A DNA stretch of 64,000 nt from positions 21,716 through 85,715 of the forward strand of contig CAXHMA010000004.1 of the NCBI GenBank assembly GCA_964017825.1, written 5' to 3'. The stretch comes from an uncultured Alphaproteobacteria bacterium (lineage in GTDB: Bacteria > Pseudomonadota > Alphaproteobacteria > RF32 > CAG-239). Made by a program: the position numbers and the translations under genes. The notes beneath the pieces are model-generated. The model was given only the letters and a program-made list of their open reading frames with translations. It was not told the origin of the DNA and made no database searches. Shown piece by piece: positions 27,670 to 37,563 of this stretch (its first letter is position 1; every line of letters begins with the position of its first letter).

Positions 27670-30600
27670 TTTTTAGCTCTTTCCATGAATCTTGCGAAAT
27701 TTCTAAATATTTTCCTTTTATATACGATGCAAAAAATTCCAGATGTTTTCCCTGTGGAGATTTAACAAAATCATACGTGACATAATATTTGTTTTCCGAT
27801 GTTTCGTAGAAGGATAATTTGATATGGTTGTCATTCTCGCTGTAAATATCAAGAACGGCAATTTGTTTGCCTTCAATATTGTCTGTTGATGCCAAAATCA
27901 TCGTATTAAGCAGGTTTTTGACCAATATCATAATTTTTTTATCATCTGTAACGTTGTTGTATTTAATAAAACGCCCGAACCGAAGATTCCATAATGTGCT
28001 GTATGTCCAGTTTTGAGGGACAAGTGACAAATCATAAAAATCAACATCAACAAGCCATACCTGAAATTGGTTGTTCAGTTTGATGTAAGCCGCTTTTGAA
28101 CCTCGTCCGAGCTCCATGTCATATTGACCTATGTCAAACTTTTCAATTGTTTGATTATCTTTGCCGCCTAATGTAACCTCAATGGTCTGAGAGTTTTTAT
28201 TTTTAAGCGGTAAAAAGCCGAATAAAGGTAAATCTTCGACTTTGTCAGATTTTTTTTCATAAAAAACCATATTGCTTAAAGCAACCAAAAAACTGCGGAT
28301 GCGTTCCTGATAAACAGGTAAGTCAGGATATTCCTGGAGTGTCCATATGCCGTTATGGCGTACAAATGTTAATGTTTGTGAACTGTTTTTTAGCGTTATT
28401 TCCTGAATATCGTTAAGCTTATTTTCAAAATCCTTAAAAACTTTTACATCTTCATACTCGGATATGGTGTTTTTATTATCCATATAAACACTGAGACCGG
28501 CTAATAAGGAAATAACCAAAACGGTCATAAACAGCTTTGGTGTTTTGCCGTCGCCGATAAAAATATGACGGCCGGAAGATAGATGAAATTTTTTGTGCCT
28601 GAGGCAGAGAATGACGGCCAGAAGTGTTATAATTAAAGAAATAAAATAAACATTGAAAAATTTAACTTTGACTTCCAGTGAAACAATATCGTTATTGGCA
28701 TTAATCCGTAAATCGCTGAGTTGCAGCCGTAAGGTATTGATTTCTTTTCGAATGGAGCCGATAATTGCCAGTTCATCGGAACTGAATGTTTCTCGCTCTT
28801 CAAAATTCTTTTTTGCAATTACCTCCGCTAATGCCTTTTTTGCGCCGTTTATAGCGTTAAAAATATCATTTTCTTTCAATTTATAGCGATAGACATTATT
28901 TTTGCGCATATTTTCAATGATATATAGCGGACGTTTATGTACCCGTTTGCCCCGCAGGCTGATAAGATCGTCATTTTCAGTCAAATGGTCAAGAGCATTC
29001 ATGATAAAATTCGCGCTGTCAAACAATGGGATATAATACGATGAGTCTAAAAAGCGTTTTTCTTTGGCCCAAAATGTATCATAAATAAAATCAGTATCGC
29101 CGACGGCAATAATATCAAAAGGTTGGGAAGGATTATTACTTAAAAATTCGGCAGCCGTAATCAGCATTTCGTTTTGCGGCGTAAAATTATCTAATACTTC
29201 ACGCGGTGTTTTGTTCTTTTTGGCAAAATCAGCACTCATAAGAGCAGATTTTCCGCTTGTTGTAATCAGCGGAAAAAATAAAACATCTTTATTTTGCAAC
29301 GGCATAACCATTGATGCGGAAGAAAATAGGATACTGTCGAGTTTGTGTGTAATTCTGTGATTAGGGTTAAATTCATTTCGTTTGGCAATAAATTGCAATA
29401 AATCCTGGGTAAATGAAGGATTCTTTTTGTAATTGACGGTTTCGTCAACCGTTATGGAGTTATTAAAATCGGCAATAACCGTATCACCGTAAAAATCTAT
29501 TCCCCAATAATCGGCAAGGGTTGAAAGATTAGATGAAACATAACTGCCGTTTTCCGGAGAGTAAATTCGTGAAGCATTATCGGCAACATCCATCAGCAAT
29601 AAAATTTTTTTATGCTTTTTAATTCTCTCTATGGTATCATTATCCAAATTGTAGGGATGCACAATCATTAAAACATCATACGTTTGATCTAAATCTTCCG
29701 GTTTTTGAATAGGAACTATGTTATATAAGTCGCTTATTTGGTTTATGATTTCCCATTTTGCAATCATAACATCGCCAAGCCTGACATTTCCCGTCAATGG
29801 CAATGAACTTAGAAGCCCTAAAGTTTTCTTCTTATGTTGTAGTTTGTAAATACTGGTTGTCAAATCCTGCTCTAAATACGGAAAACGCTCTAATGAAAAA
29901 AACGGAATAACGGCTTTGTTGGTTAAAGAATCCGTAAAACTGATGCCGAACAGGGCGTTTTGATTGATATCTATGAGAGGTATGGGTTGGATACCGTCGG
30001 CAAGAGCTTTGTCTTCAATCTTACCTAAAAAGGTCGGATTATATATACGATAGTCAAACTTGCCGTTTCCGTAAGATTTATATTGTTTCAGCATGTGTTT
30101 TATTCTGTCAAAGATTTGGCGCATCTCCGGATTTCTTTTTTCTAAAATCGGCGAATAATACAGTTTAGCTGTAACGGGGCGTTCCAGTTTACGTAAAACA
30201 TCTTTGGTATTTTTTGTCAGACTCAAGTATTTTTCTTCAGTAAAATCAAAGTTGATTTGTCTTAAAACATTGTTGGCAATAATGTTTAATCCGAAAAAAC
30301 CGATAAAAAGTAATATAATGACAATAAAACTGTGTAATGGGCTGGAAGATGAAATCAATCCCGAAGATCCTTTTGTTTTCAGACTGACAATAATTATCGT
30401 CAGCAAATTAAAAAAGACGATTAAAGAACCGAAAAAGACTAAATCTCTAAGCTCAATTATACCTCGGCTGAAAGAAACAAAATGGTTTAAAAAGCTGAAA
30501 GAAATTATCGTGTCAACAATAACATCGCTGAATAATTTACGAGCCCAAAATAAAACATATTCAAAGCCGCTCCAAAAAAACAGAAGATTCACAAAAACCG

Positions 30601-31102
30601 CTGACACCATTGCAATAACGGGGCTTTTGGTTAAAGCGGACAAAGTCTGTGAAATCGCAAGCATGGCTCCCGCCAAAATAATGCAGCCGAGATAACTGAT
30701 AATAATAACCGCATTATCCGGACTTCCCAAAATATTTATCGTAATCCAAAAAGGAAATGTCAACAAGATGGCTGTTGCGGCAAATATCCATGAAGCAAAA
30801 AATTTTCCCCATACAAGTTCCGAGACGGAAATCGGTACGGTTAATATCTGAATAATACTTTTGGAGCGAAATTCTTCTGACCATGAGCGCATGGCAACTC
30901 CGGGGATAAAAAGCAAATAAACCCAGGGCTGATAATCAAACAATCCCCATAAGTTTGCTTCCCCGTTCATAAAAACATGGCCGGCATAAATAGCCAGAGA
31001 ACCGCTTAAAAATAAAAAACTGACTAAATATACATACGCCAAAGGCGAGTAGAAGTATCTGAATAATTCATATTTAATAACTGTTTTAATTTTATTCATC
31101 AA
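27647..31102 (-). CDS. Fusion protein of an ABC-2 type permease (GldF/NosY-like), a GldG-like auxiliary domain and a DUF4340-like C-terminal domain
   Basis: The 1151 aa protein has a ~260 aa N-terminal six-TM ABC-2 permease. A TM helix follows, then FDFTEEKYLSLTKNTKDVLRKLERPVTAKLYYS, which matches the GldG N-terminal signature. A large periplasmic region, a second TM (FISLIITLLAVILCL), another TM and a ~290 aa C-terminal domain complete it. Confidence 0.65.
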   Translation of the reverse strand: MMNKIKTVIKYELFRYFYSPLAYVYLVSFLFLSGSLAIYAGHVFMNGEANLWGLFDYQPWVYLLFIPGVAMRSWSEEFRSKSIIQILTVPISVSELVWGKFFASWIFAATAILLTFPFWITINILGSPDNAVIIISYLGCIILAGAMLAISQTLSALTKSPVIAMVSAVFVNLLFFWSGFEYVLFWARKLFSDVIVDTIISFSFLNHFVSFSRGIIELRDLVFFGSLIVFFNLLTIIIVSLKTKGSSGLISSSSPLHSFIVIILLFIGFFGLNIIANNVLRQINFDFTEEKYLSLTKNTKDVLRKLERPVTAKLYYSPILEKRNPEMRQIFDRIKHMLKQYKSYGNGKFDYRIYNPTFLGKIEDKALADGIQPIPLIDINQNALFGISFTDSLTNKAVIPFFSLERFPYLEQDLTTSIYKLQHKKKTLGLLSSLPLTGNVRLGDVMIAKWEIINQISDLYNIVPIQKPEDLDQTYDVLMIVHPYNLDNDTIERIKKHKKILLLMDVADNASRIYSPENGSYVSSNLSTLADYWGIDFYGDTVIADFNNSITVDETVNYKKNPSFTQDLLQFIAKRNEFNPNHRITHKLDSILFSSASMVMPLQNKDVLFFPLITTSGKSALMSADFAKKNKTPREVLDNFTPQNEMLITAAEFLSNNPSQPFDIIAVGDTDFIYDTFWAKEKRFLDSSYYIPLFDSANFIMNALDHLTENDDLISLRGKRVHKRPLYIIENMRKNNVYRYKLKENDIFNAINGAKKALAEVIAKKNFEERETFSSDELAIIGSIRKEINTLRLQLSDLRINANNDIVSLEVKVKFFNVYFISLIITLLAVILCLRHKKFHLSSGRHIFIGDGKTPKLFMTVLVISLLAGLSVYMDNKNTISEYEDVKVFKDFENKLNDIQEITLKNSSQTLTFVRHNGIWTLQEYPDLPVYQERIRSFLVALSNMVFYEKKSDKVEDLPLFGFLPLKNKNSQTIEVTLGGKDNQTIEKFDIGQYDMELGRGSKAAYIKLNNQFQVWLVDVDFYDLSLVPQNWTYSTLWNLRFGRFIKYNNVTDDKKIMILVKNLLNTMILASTDNIEGKQIAVLDIYSENDNHIKLSFYETSENKYYVTYDFVKSPQGKHLEFFASYIKGKYLEISQDSWKELKNDIIGTK

Positions 31103-31890
31103 ATAACCTCCGAAGTTTGGGTGAGGCTTTTAAAAGCATGTTCAAGAGTTTTGTTTTTTGTTTGAGATAAGATATTTTTGAGCGTTCCGTCTATAACGGT
31201 TTTTCCCTTATTAATAAGAATAATTCTGTTTGCGATAGATTCTGCTTCGTCAAGCAAATGGGTGGAAATAATAATGGTTTTGTTTTTTCCCATATCTTTA
31301 ATCAGATTACGCATATGTTCTTTTTGATTTGGGTCCAATCCGTCTGTCGGCTCGTCCAGCAATAATATCGGCGGATTGCCGATAATGCTCTGTGCAAAAC
31401 CGACCCGACGCAAATAGCCTTTTGAAAGGGTTTCAATTTTCTGCTCGACAACATCCGTGATATTTGCCGTTTGCATAATTCTTAATAATTCCTGTTCAAA
31501 CAAACATAAATTTTCTTTGGAACATACCTTTTCGGAAATATCGTGACTCATTTTGATTTCAACGATATATCGTAAAAACAAACGGACAGTCATATCGCCG
31601 TACATAGGAGCACCTTCGGGCAAAAAACCTATTTGTTTTTTTGTGTCTAAAACCTCTTTTGCGGCATCTTTACCGTTAATGATAATAGAACCGTTATCGG
31701 GAGTCAAATATCCGGCAATCATATTCATCAGTGTAGATTTTCCGGCACCGTTCGGTCCCAATAAAGCGATAATTTCCCCCTTTTTTGTCGTAAACGAAAT
31801 ATTGTCAACAGCCGTTATCCTGTCAAATTTTTTGCTGACATTTGTAATGTTTAAAGAAAAAAGATTATCAGTATGCTTCATAAATTTCAC
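31099..31890 (-). CDS. ABC transporter ATP-binding protein (GldA-like partner of the preceding permease)
   Basis: The Walker A is GPNGAGKSTL, the signature is LSKGYLRR, and the Walker B is ILLLDEP. Its stop overlaps the next start. Confidence 0.85.
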   Translation of the reverse strand: MKFMKHTDNLFSLNITNVSKKFDRITAVDNISFTTKKGEIIALLGPNGAGKSTLMNMIAGYLTPDNGSIIINGKDAAKEVLDTKKQIGFLPEGAPMYGDMTVRLFLRYIVEIKMSHDISEKVCSKENLCLFEQELLRIMQTANITDVVEQKIETLSKGYLRRVGFAQSIIGNPPILLLDEPTDGLDPNQKEHMRNLIKDMGKNKTIIISTHLLDEAESIANRIILINKGKTVIDGTLKNILSQTKNKTLEHAFKSLTQTSEVI

Positions 31891-32968
31891 CTCCCGGCAA
31901 TGGTTCGGATATTCCGGTTGTTGTTGGAAATGTAATAGGTAATGAGTACAATGTGCGGGCGCTCAAAAAGGCACAGACTTCTGCATTGACGGTTTCAAGA
32001 GGAATGTTTTCTTCTTTGCCGGTGGCTGTCTCTATGCCGGGAATTCTTTGGCGGATAAAACGCACAAGTGTCGGATTCATCGCACCTTTCCCGCAAAGAA
32101 CAACTTTTTTAGGCAATTCGGGTAAATACAGACAAATGGAATAACAGATTGCCTCTGCTACAAATGCGGTGGCGGTTGCTGCGCCGTCTTCAAGAGAAAG
32201 CCCTTCCAAATGTTCGGATTTATTGGCAAAAATTCCCGTATATGCTGATTTTGGCGGAAATTTTGCAAAAAATTTATGATGCATGAGAGAATTGACAATT
32301 CTTTCATGAACATTGCCCAATGCGGCTAATCTTCCGTTATAATCATTATCCATATGGGCATGTTTGGCTGTCCAGTTATTAATAAAATTATCGCCCGGAC
32401 CACAATCAAAACCGACGATTTCACCAAAAGAACCGATATATGTTAAACTGCTTTTGCCGCTGATATTGACATAAACAATCGGTTTAATATCATTAACGGC
32501 GGCCGAACTGAAATAGGTTGAAGAAATAGGAGTCCCCTGTCCGCCGTTTGCTACATCTGCATTGCGGAAGTGGGTAATGGTTTTTATACCGGTTTGCTTG
32601 GCAATATAGCGTCCGTTGCCCAATTGATATGTATATTTAATATTCGGATCATGCAGTATGGTCAGCCCTTCAATGCCGACAACATCAACATCTTCCCCTG
32701 TTTCCTGTATAAAATCTTTGATAAGCCGTATATAAAAATCAGAAACGTCCAAGTCGACGCAGTGCAGTTTATCTTCGTTGCCGGGAATGTCTCTGTTAAG
32801 CCCCAAAACAGAACGTATTTTTTCTTTCATCTCATCAGGGTAGGGAACGGCATAGGCTTTTTTTCTTTCGATAATATCCAGTCCGTCTGTTTTGATTAAC
32901 GCCAATTCAACACCGCCAAAAGTAGATGTTCCCATTAATCCGAGACAATTCAGCCCTTTAATTATCAT
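31868..32968 (-). CDS. anmK: Anhydro-N-acetylmuramic acid kinase
   Basis: The 366 aa protein has the N-terminus MIIKGLNCLGLMGTSTFGG, a glycine-rich sugar-kinase fold, and is collinear with AnmK. Confidence 0.8.
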   Translation of the reverse strand: MIIKGLNCLGLMGTSTFGGVELALIKTDGLDIIERKKAYAVPYPDEMKEKIRSVLGLNRDIPGNEDKLHCVDLDVSDFYIRLIKDFIQETGEDVDVVGIEGLTILHDPNIKYTYQLGNGRYIAKQTGIKTITHFRNADVANGGQGTPISSTYFSSAAVNDIKPIVYVNISGKSSLTYIGSFGEIVGFDCGPGDNFINNWTAKHAHMDNDYNGRLAALGNVHERIVNSLMHHKFFAKFPPKSAYTGIFANKSEHLEGLSLEDGAATATAFVAEAICYSICLYLPELPKKVVLCGKGAMNPTLVRFIRQRIPGIETATGKEENIPLETVNAEVCAFLSARTLYSLPITFPTTTGISEPLPGGEIYEAY

Positions 32969-33048
32969 ATAAAAAACGCCTCTTTATATATTGCAATGTC
33001 AAATTATTATGCTAATATGCCATAAAGTTTAGTAATAAGGAAGTAAAA

Positions 33049-34302
33049 ATGACAAGTTTTAAATCGGATTTTTTAAACATAATGCATGAACGCGGTTTTT
33101 ACAACCAATGCACCAATGAAACAGGCTTTGACGAATACCTTGCCGATTGTGAAAAAAAAGGTACGCCGGCGGTTGGTTATCTTGGTTCAGACCCGACCGG
33201 AGACAGCTTGCATGTCGGGCATATTGTTCCTTTAATGATGTTGCGGTGGTTTCAAAAATGCGGACATAAGCCTTTAACGCTTGTCGGCGGCGCAACGGCT
33301 CGTATCGGTGATCCGTCCGGAAAAGACAAATTGCGCCCGTTTTTGGATGAAGAAACTTTGCAACATAATGTTCAAGGGTTGAAAAAGTCGTTTATGAAGT
33401 TTTTGAAATTCGGTGACGGTAAAACCGATGCTTTAATGGTTGATAACTATGATTGGTTTAAAGATATTAATTATCTTGAATTTCTGCGCGATATCGGCAC
33501 TTGTTACTCTGTTAACCGCATGCTGACAATGGACAGCGTTAAAAGCCGTTTGGAACGCGAACAACCGATGTCCTTTCTTGAATTTAACTATATGCTGCTG
33601 CAAGGGTATGATTTCTGCGTTTTGTTGCAAAAATACGGTTGCCGCGCGCAGATAGCCGGAGCAGACCAATGGGGCAACATTGTTTCCGGAACAGAACTGG
33701 GACGCAGACGTTATGATACGGAACTGTTCGGTTTTACTTCGCCGATAATCACCGATTCGGCCGGTAAAAAAATGGGCAAGTCCGAAGGCAATGCTGTTTG
33801 GATTAACGAAGAAAAGCTTCCGTCGTATAATTACTTCCAGTATTTCCGTAATATCGGAGACGCCGAAGTCGGTAAATGTTTGCGTATTTTCACGGATTTG
33901 CCGATGGATGAAGTCCGTCGCTTGGAAGCTTTGCAAGATAAAGAAATTAACGAAGCCAAAAAGATTTTAGCTTTTGAAGCGACCAAAATTTGTCGAGGGG
34001 AAGAAGAAGCGAAAGCAGCGCTGGAAACGGCTACCAAAACTTTTGAAAAAGGTGCAATAGGCGATGATTTGCCGACCGCTTCCGTCTCAAAAGACGGAGT
34101 AGGGGTCTTGGACGCCTTTTTAGCATTGGGCTTTGTAGCAAGCAAAGGCGAAGCCCGCCGCTTAATCAAACAGGCCGGTCTTAAATTGAACGATAAAGTA
34201 ATAACTGATGAAAACTATATCATTACCGAAAAAGACCAAATCGAAGGCAATATTAAACTGTCGCAAGGCAAAAAGAAACACGGCCTTTTGGTTTTGAAAT
34301 GA
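33049..34302 (+). CDS. tyrS: Tyrosine--tRNA ligase
   Basis: The HVGH (HIGH) and KMGKS (KMSKS) motifs and a C-terminal S4 domain are present. It is 417 aa. Confidence 0.95.
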   Translation: MTSFKSDFLNIMHERGFYNQCTNETGFDEYLADCEKKGTPAVGYLGSDPTGDSLHVGHIVPLMMLRWFQKCGHKPLTLVGGATARIGDPSGKDKLRPFLDEETLQHNVQGLKKSFMKFLKFGDGKTDALMVDNYDWFKDINYLEFLRDIGTCYSVNRMLTMDSVKSRLEREQPMSFLEFNYMLLQGYDFCVLLQKYGCRAQIAGADQWGNIVSGTELGRRRYDTELFGFTSPIITDSAGKKMGKSEGNAVWINEEKLPSYNYFQYFRNIGDAEVGKCLRIFTDLPMDEVRRLEALQDKEINEAKKILAFEATKICRGEEEAKAALETATKTFEKGAIGDDLPTASVSKDGVGVLDAFLALGFVASKGEARRLIKQAGLKLNDKVITDENYIITEKDQIEGNIKLSQGKKKHGLLVLK

Positions 34303-34359
34303 TAAGTTAATAGGCGCTATAAGAAAATGATTTTGTAAACAATTTAAATATTATTCGTT

Positions 34360-34578
34360 ATGAGTGGAATGAAATTAGTGTTGTTATTAATACTGTTAGC
34401 CGGTGTTGCCGGTTATTCTTTGACACAAGCCGTAAAATATGCAATGGATATTTGGATGTTAAGAGATTCTAAAAAGAATCCGGGAAAGTACGCCTGGACG
34501 GATGGAAGCGGATTGGTTTATGATCCGAAAAACGGAGATATTCACGCCACTTCCCGCCAAGTCATTCTGCCTCGTTAA
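34360..34578 (+). CDS. Small exported or membrane protein (72 aa), hypothetical
   Basis: It has an N-terminal hydrophobic segment (LVLLLILLAGVAGYSL) and is followed immediately by a perfect hairpin terminator. It may be a real small protein. Confidence 0.35.
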   Translation: MSGMKLVLLLILLAGVAGYSLTQAVKYAMDIWMLRDSKKNPGKYAWTDGSGLVYDPKNGDIHATSRQVILPR

Positions 34579-34584
34579 AGTATA

Positions 34585-34612
34585 AAGCCGTATCTGCATT
34601 GATACGGCTTTT
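34585..34612. terminator. Perfect hairpin (aaagccgtatc tgcattg atacggcttt), a bidirectional terminator
   Basis: A 10 bp perfect inverted repeat lies between the convergent small ORF and cvpA. Confidence 0.6.
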
Positions 34613-34613
34613 G

Positions 34614-35393
34614 CTATTCTGCGGTTAAGTCAATCAGTCTGTCTAAACTCTTTGTCTCTTTGTTGTTGTACCCCTTGGCGTCCTTAGGCTTAGCAACGGC
34701 TTTTGTTTCATTCTTTTTTGTTTTGATTTCAGGTTTAACCAGCATATCAAACATTTTATTCATTTGCTCTTGGTCTAATTCGGAAGGAAGTCCTGAATTA
34801 GCATCTTTGTCTTTATTCTTTTTGTCGCCGTCTTCTTTTTTAGCTTTCGCATTGTCAGGTTTCTTCTCTGCTTTGTTCATATTTTCAACCGATTTAACGG
34901 TATCTTTAATGAAATCTTCGGGGAGCATTTTTTCAATTAAATCCGAACAGCCTTCCGCCATCATAAAATATTGCGATTCTTTCAACGGTCCTTCTTTTAG
35001 TTCATCCGGCAGGATTATTTTTACCACGAGAAAACAAAATCCCAATATCAATATTGCCCTTAAAAAGCCAAACAGTAAACCGAACAGCCTGTCCATAAAG
35101 CTTAGCGTGCTGGTGCGGATTTTGGCAATAAGTTTATCTGTACTGATTATCCAAACGGCATAAAATATCGCCATAATCGATAAAACAATTACAACATAAG
35201 AAAGAGTCTTGCTTTCAATGTATTGATTCATCCACGGTAATAAAACCGGCGCTAAATAAGCAGATAAAGCAATAAAAAATACCAATCCTAAAATGGAAAG
35301 CATTTCTTTGACAAACCCGCGGATAAACGCGACCAGCATGGATAAGGCAATCCCGATTAAAATAATCACGTCAACATTGTTTAACGGTTCCAT
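34614..35393 (-). CDS. cvpA: CvpA-family membrane protein with a lysine/aspartate-rich C-terminal extension
   Basis: The N-terminal 165 aa match CvpA (VDVIILIGIALSMLVAFIRGFVKE..., four TM helices). A ~95 aa charged tail follows (KAEKKPDNAKAKKEDGDKKNKDKD...). Confidence 0.7.
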   Translation of the reverse strand: MEPLNNVDVIILIGIALSMLVAFIRGFVKEMLSILGLVFFIALSAYLAPVLLPWMNQYIESKTLSYVVIVLSIMAIFYAVWIISTDKLIAKIRTSTLSFMDRLFGLLFGFLRAILILGFCFLVVKIILPDELKEGPLKESQYFMMAEGCSDLIEKMLPEDFIKDTVKSVENMNKAEKKPDNAKAKKEDGDKKNKDKDANSGLPSELDQEQMNKMFDMLVKPEIKTKKNETKAVAKPKDAKGYNNKETKSLDRLIDLTAE

Positions 35394-35406
35394 TAATGTT
35401 TCTCCT

Positions 35407-36783
35407 CTAACTAAATCTGGAAATCAGACGCTGTACATTGCCTATTTCATGGTATGATATATCCGTAATCAGCTTTTGTTTTTTATCCTTATTGAAAGAA
35501 TTCGGGATAATGGCGTTTGTAAACCCGAGCTTTTGCGCTTCTTTTAAACGCAGGTTCGGCTGGCTTACGGCGCGGATTTCGCCGGAAAGGCCTATTTCGC
35601 CGAAGACGACCATATCCGCCGGCAGGGGTTTATTTGTCATGGAAGAAATAACCGCCATGGCAACGGCCAAATCTGCAGCCGGCTCGGAAATTTTTAATCC
35701 GCCGGCAATATTAAGATAAACATCATGCGTGCTGAAATTCATGCCGCACCTTGCTTCCAAAACCGCCAATATCATTGCCAGTCGGTTAGAATCCCAACCG
35801 ACAACGGCGCGTTTGGCGCCACCATAACTGCTGTTGCCGACAAGCGCCTGTATCTCTACCAACAGCGGGCGTGAACCCTCAATGCCGGCAAAAACGCAGG
35901 AGCCGGATACGCACCCTTGGCGTTCGGCCAAAAAGAGAGCCGAAGGATTCTCCACTTCAACCAAACCGTTGTCCTGCATTTCAAAAACACCGATTTCGTC
36001 TGTAGCGCCATAACGATTTTTAACGGCTCGCAAAATACGGAAATGATGTCCGCGGTCGCCTTCAAAGTATAATACCGTATCAACCATGTGCTCTAAAACG
36101 CGCGGGCCGGCAATAGAACCTTGCTTGGTAACATGCCCGACTAAAAACAGCGTAAAGCCTTTTTTCTTGGCTGTTTTTATGAGTTCATAGGCAGCAGCTC
36201 TGACCTGTGCGACACTTCCCGGCGTAGATTCTATCTCGTCCAGATACATCGTCTGAATGGAGTCAATAATAACCAATGCCGGATTTTCTTTTTCCAATGT
36301 GGCAATAATATCTTTAACGCTTGTTGTGCTTGCCAGCCGCACGGGAGCATCCGCAAGGCCGAGTCGTTTAGCGCGGATTCGCACTTGGTCTATGGCTTCC
36401 TCTCCCGATATATAAAAACAGGTATTTTCTTGCAGCTGATTAGCCATTCCCGCACAGATTTGCAATAGTAATGTTGATTTTCCGATTCCCGGGTCGCCGC
36501 CGACCAAAATAACAGATCCCGGAACAAGCCCGCCGCCGGAAACGCGGTTTATCTCAGATAGATTTGTAACCAATCTTTTATATGTCTGGCTCTCGCCGTT
36601 AAGTGAAACAAAATCAATTTGGCTGCCTTTTCTTTTGGGAGAAATGTTCGAAAACTCTTCTGTCGGCTTTTTTTCTTCAACAATAGTATTCCATTCACCG
36701 CATGAATCGCATTTCCCCTGCCATTTCGGGTAAACGCTGCCGCAGTTTTGGCAGACATAATCTATTGCTGATTTTTTTGCCAT
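35407..36783 (-). CDS. radA: DNA repair protein RadA
   Basis: The 458 aa protein has an N-terminal zinc ribbon CQNCGSVYPKWQGKCDSCGEW, the Walker A GDPGIGKST, KNRYG, and a Lon-like C-terminal domain. Confidence 0.95.
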   Translation of the reverse strand: MAKKSAIDYVCQNCGSVYPKWQGKCDSCGEWNTIVEEKKPTEEFSNISPKRKGSQIDFVSLNGESQTYKRLVTNLSEINRVSGGGLVPGSVILVGGDPGIGKSTLLLQICAGMANQLQENTCFYISGEEAIDQVRIRAKRLGLADAPVRLASTTSVKDIIATLEKENPALVIIDSIQTMYLDEIESTPGSVAQVRAAAYELIKTAKKKGFTLFLVGHVTKQGSIAGPRVLEHMVDTVLYFEGDRGHHFRILRAVKNRYGATDEIGVFEMQDNGLVEVENPSALFLAERQGCVSGSCVFAGIEGSRPLLVEIQALVGNSSYGGAKRAVVGWDSNRLAMILAVLEARCGMNFSTHDVYLNIAGGLKISEPAADLAVAMAVISSMTNKPLPADMVVFGEIGLSGEIRAVSQPNLRLKEAQKLGFTNAIIPNSFNKDKKQKLITDISYHEIGNVQRLISRFS

Positions 36784-36784
36784 T

Positions 36785-37552
36785 TTATTTCTCCACCTTA
36801 ATCGGTCCCTTGGAAGAACCTTTTATAAATTGCTTAACATAAGGATTGTCTGTTTTATCCAAATCTTTAACCGTGCCGCACCAGATAATTTTGCCTTGGT
36901 ATAACATCGCGATTTTATCGGCAATTTTTCTCGCCGAAGCCATATCATGTGTAATCGTTAATGTTGTCGCTCCAAGGTCTTTTGCCGATTCTATAATCAA
37001 GTCGTTAATGACATCTGCCATAATAGGGTCAAGTCCTGTTGTCGGTTCATCAAAAAAGATAATTTCTGGCTTTGTTATAACAGCTCTGGCTAAGCCGACG
37101 CGTTTCTGCATGCCTCCGGAAAGCTCGGAGGGGTATAAGTCGGCAATATCTTCTCCGAGTCCTACCTGTCTTAAAACCTTAATCGCGACAATTTTGGCTT
37201 CTTTTTTACCGAATTTGCGGTTTTGAATCAAATCAAAAGCCACATTTTCCCATACGGTCAAACTGTCAAAAAGCGCTCCTCCCTGAAACAGCATTCCCAT
37301 TTTGCCGTGCATGCTGTCGATAACGTCCGGATTCTCATTAACAATTTCAATTCCGTCAATTTCAATGGAGCCGCTGTCAGGTTTCAATAACCCTTGAATA
37401 CATTTAATCAAAACGGATTTTCCGGTGCCGGAACCGCCGATGACAACAAGTGATTCTCCTTTATACAAATCAATGTCAATACCATTTAAAACATGTTTTT
37501 TTCCAAAGTTTTTGCAAAGATTTCTGATTTTTATTTTAATTTCCTTAGACAT
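36785..37552 (-). CDS. mlaF: ABC transporter ATP-binding protein, MlaF-like
   Basis: Walker A is GGSGTGKS and the signature is LSGGMQKR. It is 255 aa and adjacent to the MlaE-like permease. Confidence 0.8.
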   Translation of the reverse strand: MSKEIKIKIRNLCKNFGKKHVLNGIDIDLYKGESLVVIGGSGTGKSVLIKCIQGLLKPDSGSIEIDGIEIVNENPDVIDSMHGKMGMLFQGGALFDSLTVWENVAFDLIQNRKFGKKEAKIVAIKVLRQVGLGEDIADLYPSELSGGMQKRVGLARAVITKPEIIFFDEPTTGLDPIMADVINDLIIESAKDLGATTLTITHDMASARKIADKIAMLYQGKIIWCGTVKDLDKTDNPYVKQFIKGSSKGPIKVEK

Positions 37553-37563
37553 TATTTTCTCCT

